A stretch of DNA of 64,000 nt from an uncultured Gammaproteobacteria bacterium (GTDB lineage Bacteria; Patescibacteriota; Microgenomatia; UBA1406; GWC2-37-13). The notes under the pieces were generated by a model. The model was given only the letters and a program-made list of their open reading frames with translations, did no database searches and was not told the origin of the DNA. Positions within the stretch are counted from its first letter, which is position 1; each line of letters starts with the position of its first letter. Location: assembly GCA_964384955.1 (NCBI GenBank), contig CAYLLP010000001.1, forward strand, positions 10,004-74,003. Reading direction: 5' to 3'. A program made the position numbers and the translations under genes. Below, one piece after another: positions 8,771-18,160 of this stretch.

Positions 8771-10153
8771 TTAGTCAGGATATTTTTCTAAAACTTTTTC
8801 TTTCACTCCGAAAAAATCTGTCTCCTTCTCAAATTGATGTGCGAGGTTGAGGAGGGAGCCTTCTTCAAAGTAATTACCCATAAGTTGAATTCCAATTGGC
8901 ATACCGCTTTGGTCGACTCCTCCAGGAATATTTATAGCTGGAATTCCAGCGACAGCCGCTGGCTCGTTCAACACATCCATGGCCTCGCCAAAAAAGGGAT
9001 ACTTCTCAAATTCTCCTATTTTTAGCGCAGTCATTGGTGTTGTGGGCGCGAGAATGAAATCCACATCTCCAAATGCTTTTTTGAAATCTTCGACAATAAG
9101 TGTGCGGACCTTTTGGGCCTTTTTATAGTATTGATCGTAGTAGCCTGAGGACAACGTATACGTGCCCAGCATGATGCGGCGCTTGGCCTCTTCCCCAAAA
9201 TGGCTCCGGTCATTCCCATATCTGATGCCATCATACCTACCTAAATTTGAAGACACTTCTGACCGCTGCAAGATTGTGTAAGCTGAAATGGAATACTGGG
9301 GATCTAATAATGTTATTTTTTTTACTTTGTGTCCAAAGCGCTCAAAAATTTTGATCGCATCTTCGGTCTTACTTTTGATCTCCTCATCAACGCCCTTGAA
9401 ATAATCATCACAAATCCCGATCGTAAATACTTTTTTTTCTTTCATGAGCTGCTCATAATCGACGACTTCTTGTGGAGACGTAGTGGCATCGTAGGTGTCT
9501 GGCCCGGCTAGAATCCCCAAGAGAATCGCAGCGTCCTGCACTGTCGAGGTGATCGGTCCTGGGCAGTCAAAAGATGATCCCATGGCGACCACACCGTAAC
9601 GGGACACTCGACCATATGTAGGCTTCAAGCCGACTACTCCACACCAGGCTGCTGGCTGCCTGATCGATCCTGCAGTCTCCGACCCAATTGAAGCAGGGGA
9701 GAGGTACGCGCTCACGGCTGCGGCTGCGCCTCCTGACGAGCCTCCTGGGACTCGACTTGTATCCCAGGGATTTTTGGTTGGTCCAAAGTCAGAAGTCTCG
9801 GTCGAGGAACCATGCGCCCAGGCGTCCATATTTGTCTTACCCAGGAAGGATGCCCCAGCTTCTTTGAGCCTTGCGGTTACTGTCGCATCATAAGAAGGCA
9901 CGAAATCTGCCAAAACTTTTGATGAGGCGGTTGTGCGCACTCCCTCAGTGCAGAAGTTATCTTTAATTGTAAGAGGTATTCCTCCCAAGACTCCATCACT
10001 CCTCCTGTCATCCATCGGAGTCAACACTGCATTGAGCGAGCCGTTGTATTTCTCTATTCTCTTTTGAAAGTAACTAAAAACCTCCTCGGAGGATACTTGT
10101 TTTTTCTTAAGAAGATCAACGAGTTCTGTGAGTGATTTTCCAAGAAGTATCAT
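8771..10153 (-). CDS. gatA: Asp/Glu-tRNA amidotransferase subunit A (amidase)
   Basis: 460 aa. Amidase signature GGSSGGAAAAV and the KDN segment TIKDNFCTEG. Confidence 0.95.
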   Translation of the reverse strand: MILLGKSLTELVDLLKKKQVSSEEVFSYFQKRIEKYNGSLNAVLTPMDDRRSDGVLGGIPLTIKDNFCTEGVRTTASSKVLADFVPSYDATVTARLKEAGASFLGKTNMDAWAHGSSTETSDFGPTKNPWDTSRVPGGSSGGAAAAVSAYLSPASIGSETAGSIRQPAAWCGVVGLKPTYGRVSRYGVVAMGSSFDCPGPITSTVQDAAILLGILAGPDTYDATTSPQEVVDYEQLMKEKKVFTIGICDDYFKGVDEEIKSKTEDAIKIFERFGHKVKKITLLDPQYSISAYTILQRSEVSSNLGRYDGIRYGNDRSHFGEEAKRRIMLGTYTLSSGYYDQYYKKAQKVRTLIVEDFKKAFGDVDFILAPTTPMTALKIGEFEKYPFFGEAMDVLNEPAAVAGIPAINIPGGVDQSGMPIGIQLMGNYFEEGSLLNLAHQFEKETDFFGVKEKVLEKYPD

Positions 10154-10452
10154 TGAATAAGCCTTTTAACTACAAACATTCCATCTTTTTTACTCTTTGA
10201 GTTCTTCATCACTTCCTCCTTGGACAGTCCCCTCTTATTTTCCATGCCATCTTCAAAAAATACGTCCTTGAGCTGCGTCACATGATTGGTCGACTCCACA
10301 TTTTCTGTCTTGAGCTCATTGAGGTTACCCATGAACTTCAAGGTCTCCCCAAATTGTCCTTCGTATTTCTCGACCTCTTTTTCCGAAACCTGAAGACTAG
10401 AAAGTTTCGCTAAATGCAGAATATTTTTCTTGGAAAGTTTGCCTTTTGCCAT
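10150..10452 (-). CDS. gatC: Asp/Glu-tRNA amidotransferase subunit C
   Basis: 100 aa. Overlaps the gatA start. LAKLSSLQVSEKEVEKY is GatC-like. Confidence 0.85.
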   Translation of the reverse strand: MAKGKLSKKNILHLAKLSSLQVSEKEVEKYEGQFGETLKFMGNLNELKTENVESTNHVTQLKDVFFEDGMENKRGLSKEEVMKNSKSKKDGMFVVKRLIQ

Positions 10453-10493
10453 ACTACATTATAGCCTATCTTGCTATAATAGCTTCATAATAT

Positions 10494-11165
10494 ATGTCAG
10501 AGCCTGGGACTGGAGAAGTGCAAGCGTCTACTGCTTACCCTACGTGGAAAGAGATCCTCGAGCGGGGCTGGTTTGAATCAAGTGAGCCTGTAATTATCGG
10601 TACAGTGCCAAATCCAGATGAATTCAAAAAGGCGGAAAGGGATATGGAAGGATCTACTTCTCTCATGGATCCCCAATTTGCACCATACTTTAAACCTCTC
10701 ATTCCCACGCTTCTGCTTATTGCCAGTTATGAAAAAACTCACAATCCCCTGGCCCCTGTAAGCCAACTTGAATGGGATACGTATATTCATACACTCCAGT
10801 CAGATCCGAATACGCAGCCGCATTGCGATGGTGAAGAGTCGCTAAAAATCGTGCACGGCTCATATCATCAGCCACAATCAAGAGTGCGCTATACTATAGC
10901 TTCCCACCAGGGCACTGATTTTTACCCTGGCAGATATGAGGTAGAACCCCAAAAAATTCTCTCTGATCGACTGGCGCCGAGCACAATTGCAGGATTTAAA
11001 GAAATGGTTGAAACCCGATCCAAAAATATAGAACGCTGGCATACTCCTGGCCTCGCGATTGTCCGATTTGACGAGCTTGCCGTGCACTCCTCTCCAAAAA
11101 TCAAGGGGCAGCCTGGCAGCAGACTGCTTCTTTCTGTAGATATTTTGCCGACTAAGACAGGTTAA
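10494..11165 (+). CDS. Hypothetical protein
   Basis: 223-aa ORF in a gap with no competing ORF. No motif I recognise. The only plus-strand gene within about 24 kb. Confidence 0.45.
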   Translation: MSEPGTGEVQASTAYPTWKEILERGWFESSEPVIIGTVPNPDEFKKAERDMEGSTSLMDPQFAPYFKPLIPTLLLIASYEKTHNPLAPVSQLEWDTYIHTLQSDPNTQPHCDGEESLKIVHGSYHQPQSRVRYTIASHQGTDFYPGRYEVEPQKILSDRLAPSTIAGFKEMVETRSKNIERWHTPGLAIVRFDELAVHSSPKIKGQPGSRLLLSVDILPTKTG

Positions 11166-13837
11166 AAGCTCACGAGGCAAATGGGTGTCTGCTCCCGCGA
11201 TTGACCCATGGGATTATCTTTGAAGATTTTCTCAATTACGCGACTTTCAAGTTTGGTCGAGTTGCCCAGCACATTTACTCCAAGATCGTTGGCGTCTATC
11301 ACGGCTACGCCCTGAAAATTGTTCAATTGCTTCATTGTTACCCCGCCATCGGCGGGGTAGCCATGTAGCAATGAAGCAATTCTTTTCTTAAGTTCTTCGG
11401 CAACTTGTTGAGGATCCTTAGGTCCGAGCTTAGCCGAAACATTTGAGGGGTATAATGAATACTCTGTGGGGCCATCTATGGCATTCACATCGTGGCCCGC
11501 AATTTGGTAGAAGATGCCTTTCATGCCAAATGGCTTCGTAACTGCAGATATAAGAGAAGCCGCAAGCATGCGCGGGAGCCCGGCCTCTTGGATCGCCAGC
11601 TGCATGGTCCAGGGTGATCCCAAGCCAATCCCATAGGGTGTCTTTTTCACATATTTAGAGAGCGCTTTGGCCCAAAATCCCGGCGTAATCTCCCACAAAA
11701 AATACGATCTCCCTTGTGAAATTGCAACTACCTTTTCTGAAACAACTACCATCCATTTTTTACCCCTTATGTTCAATCGTTTAAACGATTGAACAGCATA
11801 GTCTGAAATTTTCTTATTATAATCATCGCCTTTGGCAAACACGTCGGTCTTTATCAAGTGACGCTCATAATTTTTTCCATCAACAGTAATTTCCTTTTTG
11901 ACTTCTTTTCGCTTATCACTTATCACCTTTCGCTTATCAAGAAATATTCTCATCCACAGCTCCGTGTTTAATAATCGCCAAAATAGCAGGGTGTCATCAT
12001 TTTTTCCTTCGATAAACGATCTGAATGCTCTAAGCACCTCTTGTTGATTAAAGTAAGGCCTGCTGGCAAAAGATTCGCTCAGAAATATCTGATAAATCCT
12101 ATTCTTCATCCTCATAAACCACTCATATTCTGGAGTGGTGAAGCCTATTTTGTTGCGCCGCTTTACAATCTTCTCGGGTACAAGCCCCCTAATGCTTTCA
12201 CGAAGAATGTATTTGTTCCACCCATCCTTAATAATCGCCTCATCAGGCAAGCTGAAAATATACTTCAAGAGATTGGCATCTAAAAAGGGGACACGTCCTT
12301 CTATTGAAAAATGCATACTATTTTTATCCTCGTAGCGAAGGAGCGATGGAAGGCTATTGTGAAAAATATCTTCTACAAGGCGCTTCTTGAGATTGTCTGG
12401 AGTCGGCTCAAACTTCTCCTGCTTGTGTTTGGCGGCGAAGGCACGGTTTAGGAGCTGGCGAACATTCACTGAAGGCTTTGTTTTTAACTTTTGGTTGAGG
12501 AGTACATCACGAGCCGCCCACGCTTCCTTCAGAAAAGTCGCATATTTTCCTTCTTTAAGAAGCTGTTTCAGATAGACAAGATAATACGGAATATATCCTG
12601 CCATCATTTCGTCAGCCCCCTGGCCGTCCAGAAGCACTTTCACGTGGCTTTTGGCAGTCTCCATGACCTTGTACTGAGCGTAGGGACCCGTGGAGATTGT
12701 GGGTTCCTCCTGCGCACGGACAAAACCCTCTATTTCCTCAAAGAACTCCTCTGGTTTTGGGTGCACTTTATGGCTCGTTACTCTGCTAACGCTTTTTACA
12801 ACCTCATCTACATACTTCTCTTCATTATTTGAGCCGTCGGGAAAGACTGCGGAAAATGTGTTTTGAGTATCCCCTACCGACTGAGCATCTTTGCTCTTAT
12901 CTTTCAAAAGTTGATTGACTACGGTCGCCACTGTCGAGGAATCCAGCCCCCCTGAGAGGCACGTGCCCACTTTCACATCGGAGATGAGCCGCAGCCTAAT
13001 TGCCTCCACAAGCTGACTTTTAAAGATCTCAATAGCTTCACCTGAAAGCGTTGTGTCTGGACTTTGAAGTAAGTCTTCTTTTAAGTGAGAATAATTCACA
13101 ATGAGCGTGCGCTTTCTATTCACCACAAGGGCTTGGCCGGGCATGAGCTTCTTTACACCTTCAAAAAAAGTCTCTTCTGTGTCCTCGTGCACGCGGTACT
13201 TGAGGTATCGATAGAGCGTTTTTTCGTTGGGTTTCTTTTTTATTCTTCCACTCTCAAGAATTGGAGTGATTTCGGAAGAGAAAATTAAACGGGGCCTGCC
13301 CTCGCCTTTCCCCCTCGCCTTGCTCGGGGCAAGCCCCTGTTCTTCAGGTCCCTTTACACTGAGGAACGAAGTGCTGGCTCGGCCACCCGTTTCATTTTCT
13401 ATAAAAGAATAATATAAAGGCTTAATGCCAAAATGGTCGCGCGCCAAGACGAGCTCTTCTTTGTTGATATCGTAAAGCGCAATTGCGAACATTCCATTGA
13501 ATTTGTTGAAGCATTCCAATCCCCATTCCTCATACGCGTGCACAATAACCTCTGTGTCTGAGGCAGTTTTAAACACGTGCTTTCCCTTCAGTTGCCGGCG
13601 CAGCTGCCGATAGTTGTAAATCTCCCCGTTGTAGACCACAACGAGCGATTTATCTTCGTTGTACACAGGCTGCATGCCTGTCTTAAGATCTATAATGGCC
13701 AGCCTGCGGTTGAGAAGCGACACAGAATCGCTCTTATAAAACCCCTCGCCATCTGGACCACGATGCGCCAGGCCCCGGGAGAAGTCGGTCAGGAGAGCAT
13801 CGTCTTTGAAGCCGTAGAAGCCTGCTATACCACACAT
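11162..13837 (-). CDS. Glutamine-hydrolysing asparagine synthetase fused to a C-terminal CofE-like (F420-0:gamma-glutamyl-ligase-like) domain
   Basis: 891 aa. N-terminal Ntn glutaminase with MCGIAGF. PP-loop CLSGGLDSS in the synthetase domain. About 235 extra C-terminal residues: GDDYNKKI..WMVVVSEKVVAISQGRSY..NAIDGPTEYSLYP..LGPKDPQQVAEELKKRI..GVAVIDANDLG..NPMGQSREQTPICLV. Confidence 0.8.
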   Translation of the reverse strand: MCGIAGFYGFKDDALLTDFSRGLAHRGPDGEGFYKSDSVSLLNRRLAIIDLKTGMQPVYNEDKSLVVVYNGEIYNYRQLRRQLKGKHVFKTASDTEVIVHAYEEWGLECFNKFNGMFAIALYDINKEELVLARDHFGIKPLYYSFIENETGGRASTSFLSVKGPEEQGLAPSKARGKGEGRPRLIFSSEITPILESGRIKKKPNEKTLYRYLKYRVHEDTEETFFEGVKKLMPGQALVVNRKRTLIVNYSHLKEDLLQSPDTTLSGEAIEIFKSQLVEAIRLRLISDVKVGTCLSGGLDSSTVATVVNQLLKDKSKDAQSVGDTQNTFSAVFPDGSNNEEKYVDEVVKSVSRVTSHKVHPKPEEFFEEIEGFVRAQEEPTISTGPYAQYKVMETAKSHVKVLLDGQGADEMMAGYIPYYLVYLKQLLKEGKYATFLKEAWAARDVLLNQKLKTKPSVNVRQLLNRAFAAKHKQEKFEPTPDNLKKRLVEDIFHNSLPSLLRYEDKNSMHFSIEGRVPFLDANLLKYIFSLPDEAIIKDGWNKYILRESIRGLVPEKIVKRRNKIGFTTPEYEWFMRMKNRIYQIFLSESFASRPYFNQQEVLRAFRSFIEGKNDDTLLFWRLLNTELWMRIFLDKRKVISDKRKEVKKEITVDGKNYERHLIKTDVFAKGDDYNKKISDYAVQSFKRLNIRGKKWMVVVSEKVVAISQGRSYFLWEITPGFWAKALSKYVKKTPYGIGLGSPWTMQLAIQEAGLPRMLAASLISAVTKPFGMKGIFYQIAGHDVNAIDGPTEYSLYPSNVSAKLGPKDPQQVAEELKKRIASLLHGYPADGGVTMKQLNNFQGVAVIDANDLGVNVLGNSTKLESRVIEKIFKDNPMGQSREQTPICLVSF

Positions 13838-13840
13838 AAG

Positions 13841-14731
13841 CTACATCCTCCTCAAAAGCTTAATTCTTTCCTCAATTGGGGGATGTGTATTGAAAAGACC
13901 TGCAAACCAGCTTGCTTTTTGCGTTTTTTTGAAGGGATTTGCTATAAAAAGGTGGGCTGTGGAGGTGGTGGCAAATCGGGGCGAGTGAGGATCTGTGGCG
14001 ATCTTTTCGAGGGCGTCAGCTAGCCCATCAGGATTGCGGGTCAACATGACTCCTGAGGCGTCTGCAAGAAGCTCCCGGCGGCGCGATACCGCAAGCTGAA
14101 TCAACGAAGCGGCGATTGGCGCTAAAATGAGCGCGACCAGGAGCAGCACAAATACCATGGGATTTCTTCCGTTGCGGTCACTGTCGCCGCGTCCCCACCA
14201 CATGCTCCGCAGAATAAAGTCAGCGGCCAATGCTAAAGTGCCTACGAGAACTGCCACAATAGAAGACACGAGAATGTCGTAGTTCTTGACGTGTGAGAGC
14301 TCGTGACTGATTACTCCCTCAAGGTCAGAGCGGTCAAGGCGTGAGAGTAAACCCGTGGTAACTGCCACCACTGCATGGCGGGGATTGCGGCCTGTGGCGA
14401 AGGCATTAGGGGAAGGGTCATCGACCACATATAGGCGAGGCATTGGAAGCCCTGCTGCTGTCGTGAGATTCTCCACAACCGTATAAAAGTGAAAATGCTC
14501 TCTCTTGTTGGCCGGGCGGGCTCGTGTGGTGGCCAGCACCAGCTTGTCTGAGTAAAAGTAGCTTCCTGCTCCAGAAAGGAGTGAAAAAATAAAACCAAAT
14601 GTAAAATAGGCTTGAGGCGACTCAAAATAGAGCCCCACAAGGTAAAATACCCCGCTCAAAAGAAAGATGAAGATGAAAAGAATGAGCCAGGTGCGTATTT
14701 TATTGCTTGAAATTTGCTCATAAACGTTCAT
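13841..14731 (-). CDS. htpX: Zinc metalloprotease HtpX
   Basis: 296 aa. N-terminal TM helices, HELSH zinc motif (ISHELSHVKNYD), and a C-terminal THPPIEERI motif. Confidence 0.92.
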   Translation of the reverse strand: MNVYEQISSNKIRTWLILFIFIFLLSGVFYLVGLYFESPQAYFTFGFIFSLLSGAGSYFYSDKLVLATTRARPANKREHFHFYTVVENLTTAAGLPMPRLYVVDDPSPNAFATGRNPRHAVVAVTTGLLSRLDRSDLEGVISHELSHVKNYDILVSSIVAVLVGTLALAADFILRSMWWGRGDSDRNGRNPMVFVLLLVALILAPIAASLIQLAVSRRRELLADASGVMLTRNPDGLADALEKIATDPHSPRFATTSTAHLFIANPFKKTQKASWFAGLFNTHPPIEERIKLLRRM

Positions 14732-14834
14732 ATTATTCTTGAAGGGACACCTAACTGTTTCCCTTCATCTCGGGTGAGCAAAGCTCATCCTTCGGACAAG
14801 CTCTCGCTCTTCCCTTCCCTTAAAAGGGAAAATT

Positions 14835-15392
14835 TTATTCGTCGAATTTGACTGAGACCTTTTTTCTATCCTCCTTGTCGGCCTTGAAAAACTCAAAGGC
14901 CGTGAACCCAAACATCGAGGCTAAGATATTGCTGGGGAAGACTGCCACTTTAGTATTGAAACTGAGGACATTGCTATTATAAAACTGCCTCGAGTAGGCC
15001 ACTTTGTCCTCGGTGTCTTCAAGTTGTCTTTGCAACTCCTGAAAGTTCTCATTAGCGCGAAGCTGGGGATACGCCTCGGCCACGGCAAAGAGCGATTTCA
15101 AGGCTCCTGTGAGCATATCGTTGGCCGCGGCTTTCTCGCCTGGAGTATCAGCTTTCAAAAGAGCGGACCTGGCCTTCGTGACGTTTTCAAACACGCTCTT
15201 TTCATGTTTGGCGTACCCCTTGACCGTTTCGACTAAGTTAGGAATTAATTCTGCTCGTCGCTTGAGCTGGATATCAATTCCAGACAAAGCCTCGGCAATC
15301 CGTGCCCGAAGCACAATGAGGCCATTGTAGGTGGCGATCACATATAACACCAGGACCCCTGCCACAATCGCTAAAATCAAGAGTGGGCTCAT
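14835..15392 (-). CDS. lemA: LemA family membrane protein
   Basis: [44 protein letters not shown] is typical LemA. Start set at the internal Met ([13 protein letters not shown] at 15392), because the upstream 19 codons of the track ORF translate repeat element B. Confidence 0.85.
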   Translation of the reverse strand: MSPLLILAIVAGVLVLYVIATYNGLIVLRARIAEALSGIDIQLKRRAELIPNLVETVKGYAKHEKSVFENVTKARSALLKADTPGEKAAANDMLTGALKSLFAVAEAYPQLRANENFQELQRQLEDTEDKVAYSRQFYNSNVLSFNTKVAVFPSNILASMFGFTAFEFFKADKEDRKKVSVKFDE

Positions 15393-15490
15393 ATAGTAAT
15401 TTCCAATTTCTAATATCCAATTTCTAATATCCAATTTCCAATGATGCAATGCACTTCATTAGAAATTAGGAATTGGTAATTGGGTTATTA
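15393..15490. repeat. AT-rich inverted-repeat intergenic element, copy B
   Basis: Left half: TCCAATTTCTAATA tandemly repeated twice, then CCAATTTCCAAT. Right half: CATTAGAAATTAGGAATTGGTAATTGGG. Lies between the polX stop and the lemA start. Confidence 0.75.
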
Positions 15491-17281
15491 TCCGTTAATC
15501 CACTTCTTTACGTCCGCGTAACTCTTTGTATTTATTATATCATACTTAGTGCACCAGCCTCGCCGAGCCACCGTCACCCCATAAGGCATATTATCCATGT
15601 GGCTCTTGTCATGGGAATCTGTGTTGATGCAATAGTGCACGCCGCGCTTGAGCCCTTCGCGCACAAGCGTGTCTGGCAGATCCAACCGCTGCGGCCACGA
15701 ATTGATCTCCATGGCAATATCGGCAGTCTTGCAGGCTTCAAATATTTTGTCCCACTCCAGGTCGTATCCTTCCCGCTTTTGGAGGAGACGACCGGTGGGA
15801 TGGCCCAGAATACGCACCTTGGGTCGCTTGAGAGCTTCTAGGACCCGCTTTGTCTGTGCCGCTGTCCCTACGCGGAACGCGCTATGGATTGAAATGAGAA
15901 GGTAGTCTACGTATTGATAGCCTTCTTTCGGAATGGCTAATTCGCCAGAGGGTAAAATGTCTACTTCAAGCCCAATAAAATACGGCATTTTGAGAGTCGA
16001 TAACGTGCGCTTCATAAGCTCGTGGCGTTTTTTCAAGATTTGCACAATGTCACTTGCCGAATGATCAGACATTTTAGGGTTGTGATCTGAGAAGCCCACG
16101 TAAGAATATTTCAGCTGCCGGGCTTTGCTCATCATCTCTGCGTAGGAATGATTGCCGAAGTCATGAGAAGGCTTCAGATCGTAGCTCGTGTGAATATGAA
16201 AATCACCCTTAATGTCCGCGGGCTCCACAAGCCGGGGTATCTGATGGGTGCGGGCAAGCTCAATCTCACTCGTGCCTTCCCGGATTTGCGGGGGGATGTA
16301 GTCAAGGCCCACAGCAGCGTAAAATGGCTCTTCTGCGGCGTACTTGGTGATTTTGCCCGACTTCATATTTTTAATCCCCCACTCGGAGAGCGACAATCCT
16401 TTCTTGAGGGCATATTCCCGCAACATGATATTATGCCGCTTGCTTCCTGTAAAGTATTGGAGCATCGAACCATACGAGTCAGCACCCTGCACACGTAGAT
16501 CGACTCTGATACCGGGAAAAATGACAATTGATGCCTTATTCTCACCTTTGTTGTCTACCGAAAGTTTTTTAGGATACTCCACAAAGTGTGAGATGATAGC
16601 CTCCGCATGTGAAAGAGGCGCTTCAACGGCAATATCAATGTCGCCGATCGTGGTGACACCGCGCCTTAAGGACCCCAGCACGTCCACCCGGCCCACATGA
16701 GGAGCTTGTTGGAGATATTTAATCAGCGCCTCTGCCAGGGAGGCAGCATAAGACAGCGGCATGCGGCTGGTGGCTTCTTTGGATGTAGAGGTCTTCTTGT
16801 GGAGCTCAAGGGAAGCCACGATCTCCTCCTGTGACTTATGGCCGAATCCCGCCATCGTGGCGATCTTGCCATCTTCTGCTGCCTTTTTGAGGTCGTCAAG
16901 GGCATGACGACCGTCACGCAACCCCAGTTGGGTCGCGAGCTTGTAGGCCGTGAGTGGACCTATTTGAGGCAACTGCATGAGCGTGAATACTGCGCTTGGC
17001 ACCTTCTTCAAGATAGAATCAAAGTGAGGGGAATGGCCCTTTTTGAAGAGCTCGCCCAAGGAGCCTCGAATGGACTCACCAAGCCCCGGCACGGTGTCAA
17101 GCTTATTTTCTTGCCAGAGGTCTCGAATTTCCCTATCCAGCTGTTCAAGTGCATCAGCCGCTTTCTCGTAGGCCATGACTTTGAATTTATTTTCCTTCGT
17201 AATAAGGTAGACGGCGGCAACCTCACGAAGAAGATTTGCTACGGCTGCGTTGGTGAGATGCGTGCCTTTTTTGATAGGCAT
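15488..17281 (-). CDS. polX: Family X DNA polymerase with C-terminal PHP domain (PolX)
   Basis: 597 aa. N-terminal HhH 8-kDa-like region, nucleotidyltransferase motif GSLRRGVTTIGDIDI, and a C-terminal PHP domain (DFHIHTSYD ... INTDSH). Confidence 0.9.
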   Translation of the reverse strand: MPIKKGTHLTNAAVANLLREVAAVYLITKENKFKVMAYEKAADALEQLDREIRDLWQENKLDTVPGLGESIRGSLGELFKKGHSPHFDSILKKVPSAVFTLMQLPQIGPLTAYKLATQLGLRDGRHALDDLKKAAEDGKIATMAGFGHKSQEEIVASLELHKKTSTSKEATSRMPLSYAASLAEALIKYLQQAPHVGRVDVLGSLRRGVTTIGDIDIAVEAPLSHAEAIISHFVEYPKKLSVDNKGENKASIVIFPGIRVDLRVQGADSYGSMLQYFTGSKRHNIMLREYALKKGLSLSEWGIKNMKSGKITKYAAEEPFYAAVGLDYIPPQIREGTSEIELARTHQIPRLVEPADIKGDFHIHTSYDLKPSHDFGNHSYAEMMSKARQLKYSYVGFSDHNPKMSDHSASDIVQILKKRHELMKRTLSTLKMPYFIGLEVDILPSGELAIPKEGYQYVDYLLISIHSAFRVGTAAQTKRVLEALKRPKVRILGHPTGRLLQKREGYDLEWDKIFEACKTADIAMEINSWPQRLDLPDTLVREGLKRGVHYCINTDSHDKSHMDNMPYGVTVARRGWCTKYDIINTKSYADVKKWING

Positions 17282-17333
17282 ACCCGTTATTATATCAGAA
17301 ATGGGCTGAGCGGACCCTGAGGTTGTGGCGCGA

Positions 17334-17711
17334 TTAGGGTGTGCCCTTTTCCGTAAGAGCCTTGATCTTGTCTATCAGCACATCAAGCGTGGTATCACTT
17401 TTTATGAGGTAGTCGTTGGCGCCAAGTGAGAGACCTTTTGACACGTCCTCATTTTGTCCCAAATTGGACGCTATGATGACCGGCACGCCTTTAAATTTTT
17501 CAATTTGGCGGAAGTCCTTGAGGAACGAAAACCCATCCTTGATGGGTAGAATAAGGTCTAGGAGAATAATATCTGGCGTAAAGGCGTCCAAGACAGTAAG
17601 CGCCTGCTGTCCATCATAGGCAATCTGCACCTCATACCCTGCCTTGGCGAGCTTGATGCGGTAGACATTGACTAAAAATTTGTCGTCCTCAACGACCAGT
17701 ACTTTTTTCAT
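17334..17711 (-). CDS. Single-domain response regulator (receiver only)
   Basis: 125 aa. VLVVEDD, phospho-acceptor context IILLDLILP, conserved Lys region (ASNLG..KG). Confidence 0.9.
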   Translation of the reverse strand: MKKVLVVEDDKFLVNVYRIKLAKAGYEVQIAYDGQQALTVLDAFTPDIILLDLILPIKDGFSFLKDFRQIEKFKGVPVIIASNLGQNEDVSKGLSLGANDYLIKSDTTLDVLIDKIKALTEKGTP

Positions 17712-18142
17712 GATGGCAATTTGACCCCCGGCTCCTGCTTTTTGTTAATCATCGACACGACCAATGCTACAATGTCGTCAAGTCGCTGTTCTGCTTTGAC
17801 GACATATTTATTCGCTCCAAGTGCCATAATATTGTGAATGTTGTCGTCGGTTGCAGTATTGGTCACCACCACAACGGGAATACCCTTCCACTTCTCATTT
17901 TTTTTGAGGTCTCCCATAAATTGTACGCCATTCATATCCTTTAAGTGGAAGTCGAGCCAGATAATATCAGGCAATCGGGGAAGGCTAGCGAGGTAGTCGA
18001 ACGCCTGTTGTCCTCCTTCGCAGGTGACAGTCTCAATGTCCTGCGCATCAAACTTTTTTGCGACAGCCTGCAACAAGAGACTCTCATCCTCAATAATCAT
18101 CACGAGAGTACGAGCGGATTGAGCTGCTGGGGGTGTGTCCAT
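17708..18142 (-). CDS. Single-domain response regulator (receiver only)
   Basis: 144 aa. MIIEDE, IIWLDFHLKDMNG, VVVVTN. No output domain. Confidence 0.85.
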   Translation of the reverse strand: MDTPPAAQSARTLVMIIEDESLLLQAVAKKFDAQDIETVTCEGGQQAFDYLASLPRLPDIIWLDFHLKDMNGVQFMGDLKKNEKWKGIPVVVVTNTATDDNIHNIMALGANKYVVKAEQRLDDIVALVVSMINKKQEPGVKLPS

Positions 18143-18160
18143 ATATTGTATTATATTACA

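Noticed and set aside
14732-14834. Hairpins in the htpX-lemA spacer (GAAGGGA..TCCCTTC, TTCCCTT-AAA-AGGGAA), considered as a riboswitch or attenuator
   Set aside because: These are short 5-7-bp stems with no recognisable conserved riboswitch core. They are most simply a weak terminator or spacer structure after lemA, and they are unrelated to the CTAATT element family.
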